From an uncultured virus (IMG/VR IMGVR_UViG_3300032167_005167) (Duplodnaviria > Heunggongvirae > Uroviricota > Caudoviricetes), in IMG/VR virus record IMGVR_UViG_3300032167_005167: 64,000 bases of DNA. The stretch is one strand, 5' to 3'. Below the pieces are notes generated by a model that saw only the letters and a list, made by a program, of their open reading frames with translations, did no database searches and was not told where the DNA came from. This document shows, in pieces, positions 48,191-58,500 of this stretch. How positions within the stretch are numbered: the stretch's first letter is position 1; each line of letters opens with the position of its first letter. Made by a program: the position numbers and the translations under genes.

Positions 48191-48805
48191 ATGGGAGGTC
48201 GTGGAGGCCATGCATTCAAAACGAAGGATGTACGAAAGTCCGAAGCTTTCTTTGGCCTTAATTCGAGTAGTGGCATGTATAACTCGTGGCGCGACAAGCT
48301 CAGCAGATTAGAGTTTGCAGCTGTTCAGAGATATACCGGTGATGATTACCGGGACATTAATGACGCGCTGCGAATAAGCGGTTTGTCCAGAGCTAGTCCG
48401 GACATCAGGCAATGCGTTGAGGATATGACGAGGGCTCTGAGTAACTTCAACCTTAAGAAAAGCATTACAGTATTCCGTGGTGCTGGCGGAGCAATCTTCG
48501 GTGGCAATAAGACAGTCGAAGAGATCAACGCAATGGCAAAAGCGGGTGTGAGGCTCAGAGACAATGGTTTCATGTCCACCTCAGCCTCGCAAGGTGCGAA
48601 CTTCAGCGGCAAATATCAATTCATTATCACGGTTCCGGCAGGAATGGGACGCGGCGCTTATGTCGCGCCTCTTTCTCATTACAGGAGCGAGAATGAATTC
48701 CTGCTCCAGCGAGGGACAACGTTCAAGATCACAAAGGCTGTCCAGAATGGACGGATCACTGAAGTCCATCTGCGTGTTGAGCCTGAAAAGAAAAAGAAGA
48801 AGTAA
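48191..48805 (+). CDS. ADP-ribosyltransferase (VIP2/R-S-E clade)
   Basis: YTG..YRDINDALR, VFRG, FMSTS, ENEFLL. Confidence 0.88.
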   Translation: MGGRGGHAFKTKDVRKSEAFFGLNSSSGMYNSWRDKLSRLEFAAVQRYTGDDYRDINDALRISGLSRASPDIRQCVEDMTRALSNFNLKKSITVFRGAGGAIFGGNKTVEEINAMAKAGVRLRDNGFMSTSASQGANFSGKYQFIITVPAGMGRGAYVAPLSHYRSENEFLLQRGTTFKITKAVQNGRITEVHLRVEPEKKKKK

Positions 48806-48820
48806 TAGGAGGTAAGCAAT

Positions 48821-48967
48821 ATGGAGAATAAGCGAAAGGATCGCTTTGTTTCCAAGGAAGGCGAACTGGAGATCATTTATCCCGAAAAGAAGAAGTCGAA
48901 GACCACGGGTAAGCCTGCCAAGCCGAATAGGGCGAAGGCAAGTGGTACGCATCAGGGGAAGCGTTGA
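48821..48967 (+). CDS. 48-aa basic protein (not in ORF track)
   Basis: RBS AGGAGG; MENKRKDRFVSKEGELEII; stop overlaps the HNH start. Confidence 0.55.
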   Translation: MENKRKDRFVSKEGELEIIYPEKKKSKTTGKPAKPNRAKASGTHQGKR

Positions 48968-49293
48968 TGCCGAGAAAACCACAACGACCGTGCAGACATC
49001 CTGGCTGCGCGAATCTATCGGATGGCGTATATTGCGCAGAGCATCGAGGGTTGTACAGCCGGGAGAATGCTGCGCAGCGAGGATACGATTCCAGATGGCG
49101 GGTGGCACGGGCGCGATATCTGAGAAAGCACCCGCTTTGCGTACTGTGCTTGAATTCGGGAAAAGCCACAGCAGCAACCGTGGTTGACCACATCATTCCG
49201 CATAGAGGAAATAAACAACTCTTCTGGGATATGTCCAACTGGCAGTCACTCTGTAAGGCGTGCCATGATCAGAAGACGGGAAGCGGCCTGTAA
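48967..49293 (+). CDS. HNH endonuclease (packaging-associated)
   Basis: PLCVLC, VDHIIPHRG, NWQSLCKACH. Confidence 0.92.
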   Translation: MPRKPQRPCRHPGCANLSDGVYCAEHRGLYSRENAAQRGYDSRWRVARARYLRKHPLCVLCLNSGKATAATVVDHIIPHRGNKQLFWDMSNWQSLCKACHDQKTGSGL

Positions 49294-49312
49294 TGAATAG
49301 GAGGGATATCCC

Positions 49313-50548
49313 TTGAAGCTCTTTGGACGTTTCAAGGCGCGTGATAAGCCGACAGATTCGGTGAGTTCTGCGCCTGTATTCTACTTTGGAAGTAGTACAT
49401 CCGGCAAATCGGTTACCGCGCGATCTGCCATTCAGGTGTCTACTGTTTATGCTTGCGTCAGGGTTATTTCGGAGACCATTGCGAGTTTGCCGATGCATGT
49501 ATTTGAGCAAACAGATGATGGAAACAGAAAAGCTTTGGAGCATCCGCTCTATAAGCTTCTGCATGATGAACCCAATGCAGAAATGACCTCATTTGTTTGG
49601 CGTGAGGTCATGCTGACGCACTTGCTGCTCTGGGGTAATGCTTACTGCCAGATTATTCGAAACGGGCGCAATAAGATCCTGAGCCTGTATCCGCTTATGC
49701 CGGATCGCATGGAAGTGGATCGAGAGAGCAATGGCCAATTGACATACACATACACGACCAATGATGGTCAGACAGTAAAGCTGAGGCCAGAGGATGTGCT
49801 GCACATCCCGGGTCTAGGCTTTGATGGCGTAATGGGCTGTTCGCCGATCGCGCTTGAAAAGAACGCTATTGGCTTGGGTATCGCGGCAGAGGAGTATGGA
49901 AGCAAATTCTTCTCCAATGGTGCAACCCCCTCTGGCGTTCTGACGCACCCGAACACAGTCAAGGATCCGCAGCGACTGCGCGAGAGCTGGACAAGAGCCT
50001 ATGGCGGTTCATCGAACTCTGGCAAAGTGGCGATTCTTGAAGAGGGCATGAAGTTTGACCGAATCTCCATGCCGAACAATGAGGCACAGTTCCTAGAGAC
50101 GCGTAAGTTTCAGGTGTCTGAGATTTGCCGGATCTATCGTGTGCCGCCGCACTTGGTTGGCGACCTTGAACACGCCACCTTTTCCAATATCGAGCATCAG
50201 TCGATCTCGTTTGCAACTCATACCATCCGTCCATGGCTGGTTCGGATTGAACAATCGATCAATCGAGCGCTCTTCTCTGAGAAGGAGAAAGGGCGCTTTT
50301 ATGTTCAGTTCAATATCGACGGACTTCTGCGGGGTGACTACAAGTCCCGTATGGAGGGCTATGCGATCGCACGCCAAAACGGCTGGATGAATGCCAATGA
50401 CATCCGAGAGCTCGAGAACTTGAATCCCATTGCTGAAGAGGATGGCGGTAACCTCTATCTGGTCAATGGCAATATGATTCCGATCAACGCGGCAACAGCT
50501 GTTGTTGCTGCAGTAGGAGGTGAGAGTAATGAGAACCATCAGCCTTAA
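49313..50548 (+). CDS. HK97-family portal protein
   Basis: VYACV, WGNAY, VLHI, IYRVPPH. Confidence 0.94.
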   Translation: MKLFGRFKARDKPTDSVSSAPVFYFGSSTSGKSVTARSAIQVSTVYACVRVISETIASLPMHVFEQTDDGNRKALEHPLYKLLHDEPNAEMTSFVWREVMLTHLLLWGNAYCQIIRNGRNKILSLYPLMPDRMEVDRESNGQLTYTYTTNDGQTVKLRPEDVLHIPGLGFDGVMGCSPIALEKNAIGLGIAAEEYGSKFFSNGATPSGVLTHPNTVKDPQRLRESWTRAYGGSSNSGKVAILEEGMKFDRISMPNNEAQFLETRKFQVSEICRIYRVPPHLVGDLEHATFSNIEHQSISFATHTIRPWLVRIEQSINRALFSEKEKGRFYVQFNIDGLLRGDYKSRMEGYAIARQNGWMNANDIRELENLNPIAEEDGGNLYLVNGNMIPINAATAVVAAVGGESNENHQP

Positions 50549-51275
50549 TGGCTACATCGATGAAGATGTCTGGTATGGCGATGAGATTACGCCTCGGGCA
50601 CTTCATGAGGAGCTGTATGGCGCAGAGAACGTAAACGCCGATGATGTACGCATTGTCCTCAATTCGTATGGTGGCAACTGCAATGCTGCAACGCGGATGT
50701 TCGACGATGTACGCGCATATCCGGGCAAGGTTCATCTTGTGATCTCGGGCACTGCGGCATCGGCAGCGTCAGTTCTTTCGCAGGCTGCCCATCGTGTCGA
50801 GATGACACCGGGCAGTCTTTTTATGATCCACGACCCGTCTTGCATGGCTGTGGGTAATGAGAGCGATCTGAGTGAAGCCATTCGACTGCTCAGGGCTTGC
50901 AAAGAAAGCATTCTCAACGTTTATGCACGTAGGTCTCGGAGAAGCCGTGAAGAGCTTTCGAACATGATGCGTGAAACGACGTGGATGGATGCCCAGCAGG
51001 CACTTGCTGAAGGGTTCATTGACGGCATCGTCGAGGATGTTCCGAGCAATGAGCTGTTCAACTCAGCGGCACCGAGAGTTGTGGATCGTGCTGAAGCAGA
51101 GGCAAAGGTACAGAATTGGCTGACCCGATCAAGGGCTAGGCGTCCTGTTCAGAATACTGCGCAGCCACCGAGTCCAGTAGTACCCGCGCCCGAACCCGAA
51201 AAGCGAGAAAAGGCAAAGGGAACACCTGTAGACCAGCTGCACAAGCGGCTGAGTTTGATCAAACCGACGAAATAA
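50529..51275 (+). CDS. ClpP-like head maturation protease
   Basis: LNSYGG, AASAAS, MIHDP, ETTWM..EGFID. Confidence 0.9.
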   Translation: MRTISLNGYIDEDVWYGDEITPRALHEELYGAENVNADDVRIVLNSYGGNCNAATRMFDDVRAYPGKVHLVISGTAASAASVLSQAAHRVEMTPGSLFMIHDPSCMAVGNESDLSEAIRLLRACKESILNVYARRSRRSREELSNMMRETTWMDAQQALAEGFIDGIVEDVPSNELFNSAAPRVVDRAEAEAKVQNWLTRSRARRPVQNTAQPPSPVVPAPEPEKREKAKGTPVDQLHKRLSLIKPTK

Positions 51276-51288
51276 GGAGGATACGAAA

Positions 51289-52488
51289 ATGAGCAAGGTT
51301 ATTGAAATGAGACAGAAGCGCAGCGATATCTGGGATCAGGCGAAGGACTTCCTGGATACGCATACCGATGAAAATGGCCTCATGAGCGCAGAGGATACCG
51401 CACAGTATGAGCGCATGGAAAAGGACGTTGTCGATCTCGGCCATGCTATCGAGCGCATGGAGCGTGCTGAGCAGATGGAGCGCATGCTCAACGAGCCGGT
51501 GGATCAGCCGCTGGTGGGCAAGCCGGATCGCGGCAAGTTTGACGCGAAGAAGGGTGTCAAGAGTGAGACGTACAAGACTGCGTTCTGGAATCACATGCGT
51601 GGTCGTTCCAATTATGAGGTGCGCAATGCGCTGCAGGTTGGTACGCTCTCTGAAGGCGGTTACCTGTGCCCGGACGAGTTTGAGCGCACGCTGGTCCAGG
51701 CTCTGGCCGAAGAAAACGTCATGCGCAGTCTTGTCCATGTGATTACCACCTCCTCTGGTGATCGAAAGATTCCGCTGCACCTGGCGAGGGGCAATGCGAG
51801 CTGGATCGAGGAAGAGGCGCAGATTCCTGAGTCTGACGATGCCTTTGGCCAGATCACACTGTCTGCGCATAAGGTTGGCTGCATGGTCAAGATCAGCGAA
51901 GAGCTGATGCATGACTCTGCCTTTGATATGGGTTCCTTCATCGCCCGTGAGTTCGCGCGTCGAGTTGGCGCAACGGAGGAAGAGGCGATCATCAACGGCG
52001 ATGGCAATCACAAGCCGACGGGTCTTCTGCATGATACGCTGGGTGCCCAAGTTGGTGTAACGACCGCTGGCGCTGCTGCGATTACTGCGGATGAGCTCAT
52101 TGAACTGCAGCATAGCCTGAAGGCTGGTTATCGTCGTAAGGGCATCTTCATTATGAATGATGCCACGATTGCCATGCTGCGTAAGCTCAAGGACGGCAAT
52201 GGTCACTATCTCTGGCAGCCGAATATCCTGTATGGTCAGCCGGATCAGCTGCTCAATACCCGCGTGGTTAGCTGCAGCACGATGCCGCTGCCGACTGCTG
52301 GCAATAAGGCCATTCTCTATGGTGACTACAGCTACTATTGGCTTGCCGATCGTGAGGGCCGTAGTCTCGCGCGTCTCAATGAGCTGTATGCCGCGACCGA
52401 TCAGATTGGCTTCAAGATCACGCAGCGTGTGGATGGTCGCCTGATTCTTCCGGAGGCAGTCAAGTGCCTGCAGATGAAGGGTGCCTGA
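51289..52488 (+). CDS. major capsid protein (HK97)
   Basis: EGGYLCP, IINGDG..KPTG, RVDG. Confidence 0.94.
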   Translation: MSKVIEMRQKRSDIWDQAKDFLDTHTDENGLMSAEDTAQYERMEKDVVDLGHAIERMERAEQMERMLNEPVDQPLVGKPDRGKFDAKKGVKSETYKTAFWNHMRGRSNYEVRNALQVGTLSEGGYLCPDEFERTLVQALAEENVMRSLVHVITTSSGDRKIPLHLARGNASWIEEEAQIPESDDAFGQITLSAHKVGCMVKISEELMHDSAFDMGSFIAREFARRVGATEEEAIINGDGNHKPTGLLHDTLGAQVGVTTAGAAAITADELIELQHSLKAGYRRKGIFIMNDATIAMLRKLKDGNGHYLWQPNILYGQPDQLLNTRVVSCSTMPLPTAGNKAILYGDYSYYWLADREGRSLARLNELYAATDQIGFKITQRVDGRLILPEAVKCLQMKGA

Positions 52489-52544
52489 TGAATAAGAGGG
52501 AGTTGTCCGCTTGGGCAGCTCCCTTTTGAATTGGAGGTTTTTTC

Positions 52545-52808
52545 ATGAGTAACAGTACCCGTAACTATCATGCCCACGGTGGCAATGAGTGGGTGATCGG
52601 TGGCAAGCTGACGTTTCTTCCGGGAGCAACCGTTGAAGGCGCTGAAGGCCTCTTTGATCTTCCGACTGCCAGTGAGCCGGTTCTGCTGAATGTCACGGAG
52701 AGTGATGCCACCACGGTTGCAGCGCTTCGTGAAGATTACAATGGCCTGATCGCTGAACTGCGTAAGGCCGGACTGGTGTCTGAGCAGACGAGCGGTGATG
52801 CAACGTGA
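52545..52808 (+). CDS. head decoration/fibre-like protein
   Basis: VAALREDYNGLIAELRKAG; position after the capsid gene. Confidence 0.65.
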   Translation: MSNSTRNYHAHGGNEWVIGGKLTFLPGATVEGAEGLFDLPTASEPVLLNVTESDATTVAALREDYNGLIAELRKAGLVSEQTSGDAT

Positions 52809-53089
52809 TCCTGACGATTGATGAGGTCAAAACGCATCTTCGTGTTCAGCACAATGAAGAAGATGAATACCTCGAGTCGCTGATCGCGCAGGCACAGGAG
52901 GCAGCAGAGGACTATACGAGGGTGTCTTTTTCAGATACGGCACCTGAGCCGGTTCGTCTAGCGGTGCTGCTGATGGTCGGTCACTTCTACGAGAATCGTG
53001 AGGCAGCCGACAATATTGCCTATGCGACCATGCGTACTGCATTCCAGAATCTACTGTATCCGCATCGAGATCCCGAGAAGATGTTCTAG
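52805..53089 (+). CDS. head-tail connector (gp6-like)
   Basis: VKTHLRV..ED, AVLLMVGHFYENRE. Confidence 0.9.
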   Translation: MILTIDEVKTHLRVQHNEEDEYLESLIAQAQEAAEDYTRVSFSDTAPEPVRLAVLLMVGHFYENREAADNIAYATMRTAFQNLLYPHRDPEKMF

Positions 53090-53100
53090 GAGGTGGTTGT

Positions 53101-53460
53101 TTGCGGGGTTACAAAAACTTTGAGAGCAATCCGCGCCCAGGAGATCTTCGGCACATGATCGAGATCGGCTATACGGAAAACATCATCAATGAAAACGGCT
53201 ACCCGGAACCTACTGATGTAACAGTCTGTAAGGTCTGGGCAGCCGTTATTGATGCTGGTAACCAACACTATCGCGCAGCTGACGTGGTGAACACGGAGGC
53301 AGTCCTGAACTTTACAATCCGATATCGAACGGATGTGAAGCCCGGAATGTGGGTGAAGTTCCAGAATGAGAAATGGAACATCTCCACATTGGGCGAGTAC
53401 TCATTCAAACGCACCTATCTCGGCCTCAAGGCTTCCCTGTCGAAGGGAGTGAGTGGCTAA
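53101..53460 (+). CDS. head closure protein
   Basis: GDLRH, VWAA, FTIRYR. Confidence 0.85.
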   Translation: MRGYKNFESNPRPGDLRHMIEIGYTENIINENGYPEPTDVTVCKVWAAVIDAGNQHYRAADVVNTEAVLNFTIRYRTDVKPGMWVKFQNEKWNISTLGEYSFKRTYLGLKASLSKGVSG

Positions 53461-53825
53461 TGCGTCAGGTTCAGCAGGCTCTCAAAGAAATAGGCATTCC
53501 GGTCATGGCAGGTATCTGGAGAGCGACGTCACCTAACCAGAACCCGCCCCTTCAATATGTAGTGTATTCCACGACAACGACAGAAGAGGCGCATGTAGAC
53601 GACCGGGTGGTTTCCATTCGAACCTTTATCTACTTAAACCTTTGGAGCGACATCGATCCAAGCAGCATGCGCGAAACCATACGCTTAGCAATGTACGCTG
53701 CTGGCTTCTCCATGGCGGAGGAAACAGATAAGGGCTATAACCAGCCTGCTTACGATACAGCCACAAGGCAGTTTACTGTCCAATGGACGTGGGTATGGCG
53801 AGAGGATGTGGACTATGGCCATTGA
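53460..53825 (+). CDS. tail completion/terminator-like protein
   Basis: Position in the neck module; overlapping start/stop. Confidence 0.6.
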   Translation: MRQVQQALKEIGIPVMAGIWRATSPNQNPPLQYVVYSTTTTEEAHVDDRVVSIRTFIYLNLWSDIDPSSMRETIRLAMYAAGFSMAEETDKGYNQPAYDTATRQFTVQWTWVWREDVDYGH

Positions 53826-54225
53826 GTTGCGTGGGTTTACGGATCTGCAAAACGATCTGCTCAACATGGCGGCTGCACTTGACCAGGGACCAGGTGTGAA
53901 CCGTGCGCTCAAAGCGGGCGCGGTGCCTATTGAGCAGCAGATGCTCCATAACGCATCTACAGATCCCAAGCAAATCACGGGCGATCTGCACGACTCGATC
54001 AAGACGGGCAACGTCCGCAAGAAAAGTGATGGTGGTAAGAAGATCACCATCGGCGTTCATTACAAGGAGCGCGGCGCGTACTATGCCAATCCAGTCGAGT
54101 TTGGTCACGGTGGCCCTGCACCAGCGCCCGCGCATCCCTTTGTTCGGCCAGCGTTTGATACCAAGTCAGATGAGGCCTATGAAGAAATCAAGCGCGTTTT
54201 GCGCGATGAACTGAGAAACATATAA
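53815..54225 (+). CDS. HK97 gp10-like neck protein
   Basis: TGDLHDSI, VEFG, HPFVRPA. Confidence 0.88.
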   Translation: MAIELRGFTDLQNDLLNMAAALDQGPGVNRALKAGAVPIEQQMLHNASTDPKQITGDLHDSIKTGNVRKKSDGGKKITIGVHYKERGAYYANPVEFGHGGPAPAPAHPFVRPAFDTKSDEAYEEIKRVLRDELRNI

Positions 54226-54239
54226 GGAGGAAATAGACG

Positions 54240-54851
54240 ATGGCAACTCCCGCTGCATCTCCGGCTGTCTCTTCGACGGTTGGTCTTAAAAATGTCGTGA
54301 TTGCTCCGCTGGTTACGGATACTGAAGCGGAGCATACGTATGGAGAGCTTCAGCTGATGGCCGGTGCCATTGAAGCGTCCATCACCCCTGAGAATGCGGA
54401 TCCCGATGTCCAGTATGCGGATGATGTCGAATTCGATGTTCTCTATCCGGATCCTGAGCTGGCGTTCAAGACCAAGATGGCTGACGTGCCGCTTACGATC
54501 CAGGAGATGATCTTTGGCAACAAGATCGATGACAATGGCGTGCTGATCAGGACTTCCACGGACAAGCCTCCGTATTTCGCGGTCGGCTTTATGAGCGAGA
54601 AGTCCAATCACAAGTATCGCTATGTCTGGCTCTACAAGGTGAGGGCTAAGCCGGTCACGGAGAACTATGCAACCAAGGAAGGCACGACGCTGACGCGCCA
54701 GACGGGCGAGGTTGAGTGGACGGCGATCAAGCGTACCCATGACGGCCAGTACCAGGCGGTAGCTGATGAAGGCGAAAATGGTTTCACCAGTGAAAAGGCG
54801 GCCACATTCCTTACGACTGTTTACGAGCCGACGTTCACTACGGCTGAATAA
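54240..54851 (+). CDS. major tail protein (phi13 family)
   Basis: VGLKNV, YADD, PPYFAVGF, YVWLYK. Confidence 0.9.
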   Translation: MATPAASPAVSSTVGLKNVVIAPLVTDTEAEHTYGELQLMAGAIEASITPENADPDVQYADDVEFDVLYPDPELAFKTKMADVPLTIQEMIFGNKIDDNGVLIRTSTDKPPYFAVGFMSEKSNHKYRYVWLYKVRAKPVTENYATKEGTTLTRQTGEVEWTAIKRTHDGQYQAVADEGENGFTSEKAATFLTTVYEPTFTTAE

Positions 54852-54913
54852 TCCCAAGCTGCCGCATGGCACTGATGCTGTGCGGCAGTTTACTTTCTAA
54901 AGGAGGACATCAC

Positions 54914-55303
54914 ATGATCACTTGTACTCTGGGCGAGAAAAAGTATTCTGTTGACTTCATCAGTGGTCGCGCACTCCGCGAGATGGAGCCTGCTGCCAAA
55001 GTGTATGGCAAACTGGTGCGCATTTCTAAGGATGCCACGGAGGGCAAGGATGTTTCTGGTGAACAGATCGCCGTTGCGGATGCCCTCGATACGATGGTCA
55101 AATGGTTCTGCATTCTCTTCGGCAATCAGTTTACGCCGGATGAGATGTACGACCACTATCCTGCAGATCGAATGATGCACGATATCGCGCTCGCTTTGAT
55201 GGCTGTGCAGACACAGACGACTGAGGTGCTGGATTCTTTCCCTACGATTCCGGTGACGAAAGAAGCGGAGCAGCTGATGATGGATCAGGTCATCGAGGAG
55301 TAA
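54914..55303 (+). CDS. tail assembly chaperone (G-like)
   Basis: Between the major tail and tape measure genes; LFGNQFT. Confidence 0.8.
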   Translation: MITCTLGEKKYSVDFISGRALREMEPAAKVYGKLVRISKDATEGKDVSGEQIAVADALDTMVKWFCILFGNQFTPDEMYDHYPADRMMHDIALALMAVQTQTTEVLDSFPTIPVTKEAEQLMMDQVIEE

Positions 55304-55509
55304 ACGACTCTGCGAATCTTACGCTACCGGAATACATCTATGCCACCTTTAATGAGCTTCTAAAAGCGGGGTGGCGAATGCAAGAAATAGACGAAATGGA
55401 CATGCTGGGTTTTCTGCGCCTACGGGCGTGGGATGTGCAGCGTGAGTATATAAAGAAACAGCCCAAACCAGCATTCATTGATGAGGTTTGGCGCAATTTG
55501 AAACCGTAG
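55237..55509 (+). CDS. -1 frameshift extension of the tail chaperone (T-like)
   Basis: Slippery T TTC CCT at 55237-55243; -1 frame open 55225-55509 (LLKAGWRMQEIDEMD). Confidence 0.65.
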   Translation, partial: FPYDSGDERSGAADDGSGHRGVNDSANLTLPEYIYATFNELLKAGWRMQEIDEMDMLGFLRLRAWDVQREYIKKQPKPAFIDEVWRNLKP

Positions 55510-55554
55510 GCTGAGAGTTGACTTTCGGCCTTTTTTGATTGGGAGGTGAGCAAC

Positions 55555-58500
55555 ATGTCTGAGGTCTTGCGCGAGTTGGTGGTAGCGCTGTCGCTCGATA
55601 GCGATAACTTTGCGCGAAATATGCGTACCATCAACCAGCAGATCAAGGAAGCGGAGTCCACTTTCCGTTTGGCAGGTGCCGGTGTAGAGAATTTCGAGAA
55701 GACGGTCGCTGGGACTGAATCGAAGCTGTCTATGCTCGGTCAAAAGCTGACTCAGCAAAACCGTGCCGTAGACCAGTATTCAAGGGCGTTGGTTGCTGCC
55801 AATCAGAAGCTTGTTGACTCTTACAATCGTCAAGAGCGTATGAAGCAGGCCTTGGCAGACACCCGTGTTGAAATGGATCGCGCGAAGACAGCAGTTGATG
55901 CTGCCAAGGCTACTTATGAGCGCTATTCATCTACGCTTGGTGAATCTGATTCTGCGACCATTGCAGCCAAAGGTAATCTTGAACTGGCGAAGCAAGAGTA
56001 TCAGGAATTGGCGGACAAGGTCAAATTGCTCGAGGGCCAGATCAAGTCCAACAGCAAGACCATGCAGAATAACGCTGATGCGATCTCAAAAGCCAAAACC
56101 AACCTAAACAACGCAAAAGCAGCTGTCAAAGATACTGAGGCAGAAATCAAGAAGCTGACCGAAGAGCTTTACAGGCTAAAGTCGGGCTGGACTACCGCTG
56201 GCGATGCGCTTACGGCTTTCTCAAAGAAGTGTGAATCGCTTTCAAAGGGCATGACCACTGTCGGACGCGGAATGACAACCGCGCTCACTGCTCCCATTAC
56301 GGCTTTGGGAGCTACAGCTATCAAGTCCTCAATTAGCTATGAATCGGCTTTTACGAGTGTGCGAAAGACTGTGAATGCTACTGAAGAAGAATTTGCTGCT
56401 CTTTCAAACGAGATCAAGCAGATGTCTACAGAGATTGCGACTTCGGCTGAAGACATTGCTGAGGTTGTTGCCATTGCAGGCCAGCTTGGCATCGAAAACG
56501 AACACCTAATGGAGTTCGTGCGTACGATGATCGACCTGGGCAACAGCACGGATATTGTCGCTGAAGAAGCAGCGACCACGCTTGCGAAGTTTGCAAACAT
56601 CATGAACATGGATCAGGGCCTGTTTGGCAATCTTGGTGCTGCACTGGTAGATCTTGGTAACAATTACGCAACGACAGAAAGCGCGATCATGGAGATGTCC
56701 ATGCGTCTGGCAGGTGCAGGTAATCAGGTGGGGCTCTCTGAAGCGCAGATTCTGGGTTTTGCAACAGCCCTTTCCTCTTTGGGTATCGAGGCGGAGATGG
56801 GCGGCAGCGCTTTTTCAAAAGCTTTGGTCAAAATGGAAGTTGCAGCTGCCACTGGCGGTGAATCGCTCAATGACTTTGCAAAGATCTCGGGTCTGTCTGC
56901 TCAGCAGTTCAAAGCGCTCTGGGACTCTGATCCAGCCGCTGCGTTTCAGGCGTTTATTGAAGGCTTGGCAAAGATGGACGAAGAAGGCATGTCTGCGATT
57001 GCGACCTTGAATGAGATCGGCATTGCGGAAGTCCGACTCCGCGATACATTGCTTCGAGCAACCAATGCACATGAGCTTTTCACGCAGACGCAGGCTACAG
57101 CGAACGCGGCATGGAACGAGAATCTTGCGCTGACCAATGAGGCAGAGAAGCGCTATGCGACCACGCAGAGCAAGCTGCTCAATCTCAAGAATACAGCCAT
57201 GCTCTTTGCACAGCAGATTGGCGACGATCTGAATCCGACGATCCAGCAACTTATCGAGAAGGGAAACGAGTTACTGAACTCCTTTCTTCAAATGGATGAA
57301 AGCCAGAGACAGGCGATCATCAAATTTGCTGCATTTGCGGCTGCAGCCGGTCCTGCAATTCTGGTTCTTGGCAAGACCGTAGGAGCAGTTGGACAGGTGA
57401 CATCAGTACTTGGCAAAGCAGGCATTGCACTCGGCAAGTTTTCTGCCAAGGTGTCTGTCGCAGGTGGTGGTATTGGGGGCCTGGTTAAGGTTTTGAGTTC
57501 CTCGAAACTGGCAATGGTCGCACTCTCGGCAGCGTTGGTCTATGGCGCTGTGAAGCTGGCCGATTATGCCTCTGGCGCGAAGGAAGCCCGAGAAGCGCTT
57601 GAAGGCATGGCGAAGGTTGCGGATGATTGGAAGAGCAACGCTGCTGAAACCTTCTATGGAGCGAGTGAGGGGTTATCCTTCTTTGGTATGTCTGAAAGTG
57701 ACTTTGTTCGCGATCAACAGACTGCTGAGGATTGGATGAACAGATTGATTGCGGTCTGGACGGATGGAGAGAAGGAATCTGACGAGATTGTATCGGAATG
57801 GACGAATTCTTTTAAGGAACTGACAGCGTCCACCCGCAGTGAGCTTGAAAAGATGAAAGCAGATGCGCAGGCAGCGGGATACACCTCAGTTGTCGAGCAG
57901 ATCGGCGCAGACATCGAAACGCTTGATGCGATGGATAAGGAAATCGAACGCTTGCTCAAAAAAAGGCAGAATGGATTCCTGACTGATAAGGAAAAAGTCC
58001 GGCTAGCAGAGCTGATCGATACGCGTGAGGCGATCGAGGTCAAGTACAATTTGTCGCCTGCCGATCCAGATGGATTTGACACAATTCGACAAAAGGTGGA
58101 AGCGGAGGTTGCTCGTGCCCATGCGCGAGGAGAAGCAGATGCTTCTGTCACTGTGTATGAGAACGCAATCGTAGCTGCGGCTCAAGGTATGGCAGCTGTG
58201 AACGCTGAGATCGATGAGCAATACGATAAAGAATATGCGCTCATTCAACTGATCGAGGATAGTGCCGAAAGACGTGCAGCGCAGGAAGCTTTGGATGCCC
58301 GGTATCTTGAACAGCGTCGAGCGGCAGCCGGCGAGTATGCGCAGATGCTTTCGTCCATCGTTATGCCCGTTTGGAACAGCGATGATATCCAGCAAGCTGG
58401 CGCTGATGTAGACGCGCTGATGCTCAAACTCAGAGAATACTCGATCGCATCTGAAAGTGAGAAGCCTGCGATTCTTACACAGCTTGAGCAGATTGCTGCT

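Noticed and set aside
52484..52500. CTGATGA after the capsid gene as a third hammerhead
   Set aside because: No stem II-GAAA-stem III-UH arrangement follows; these are tandem stop codons before a terminator
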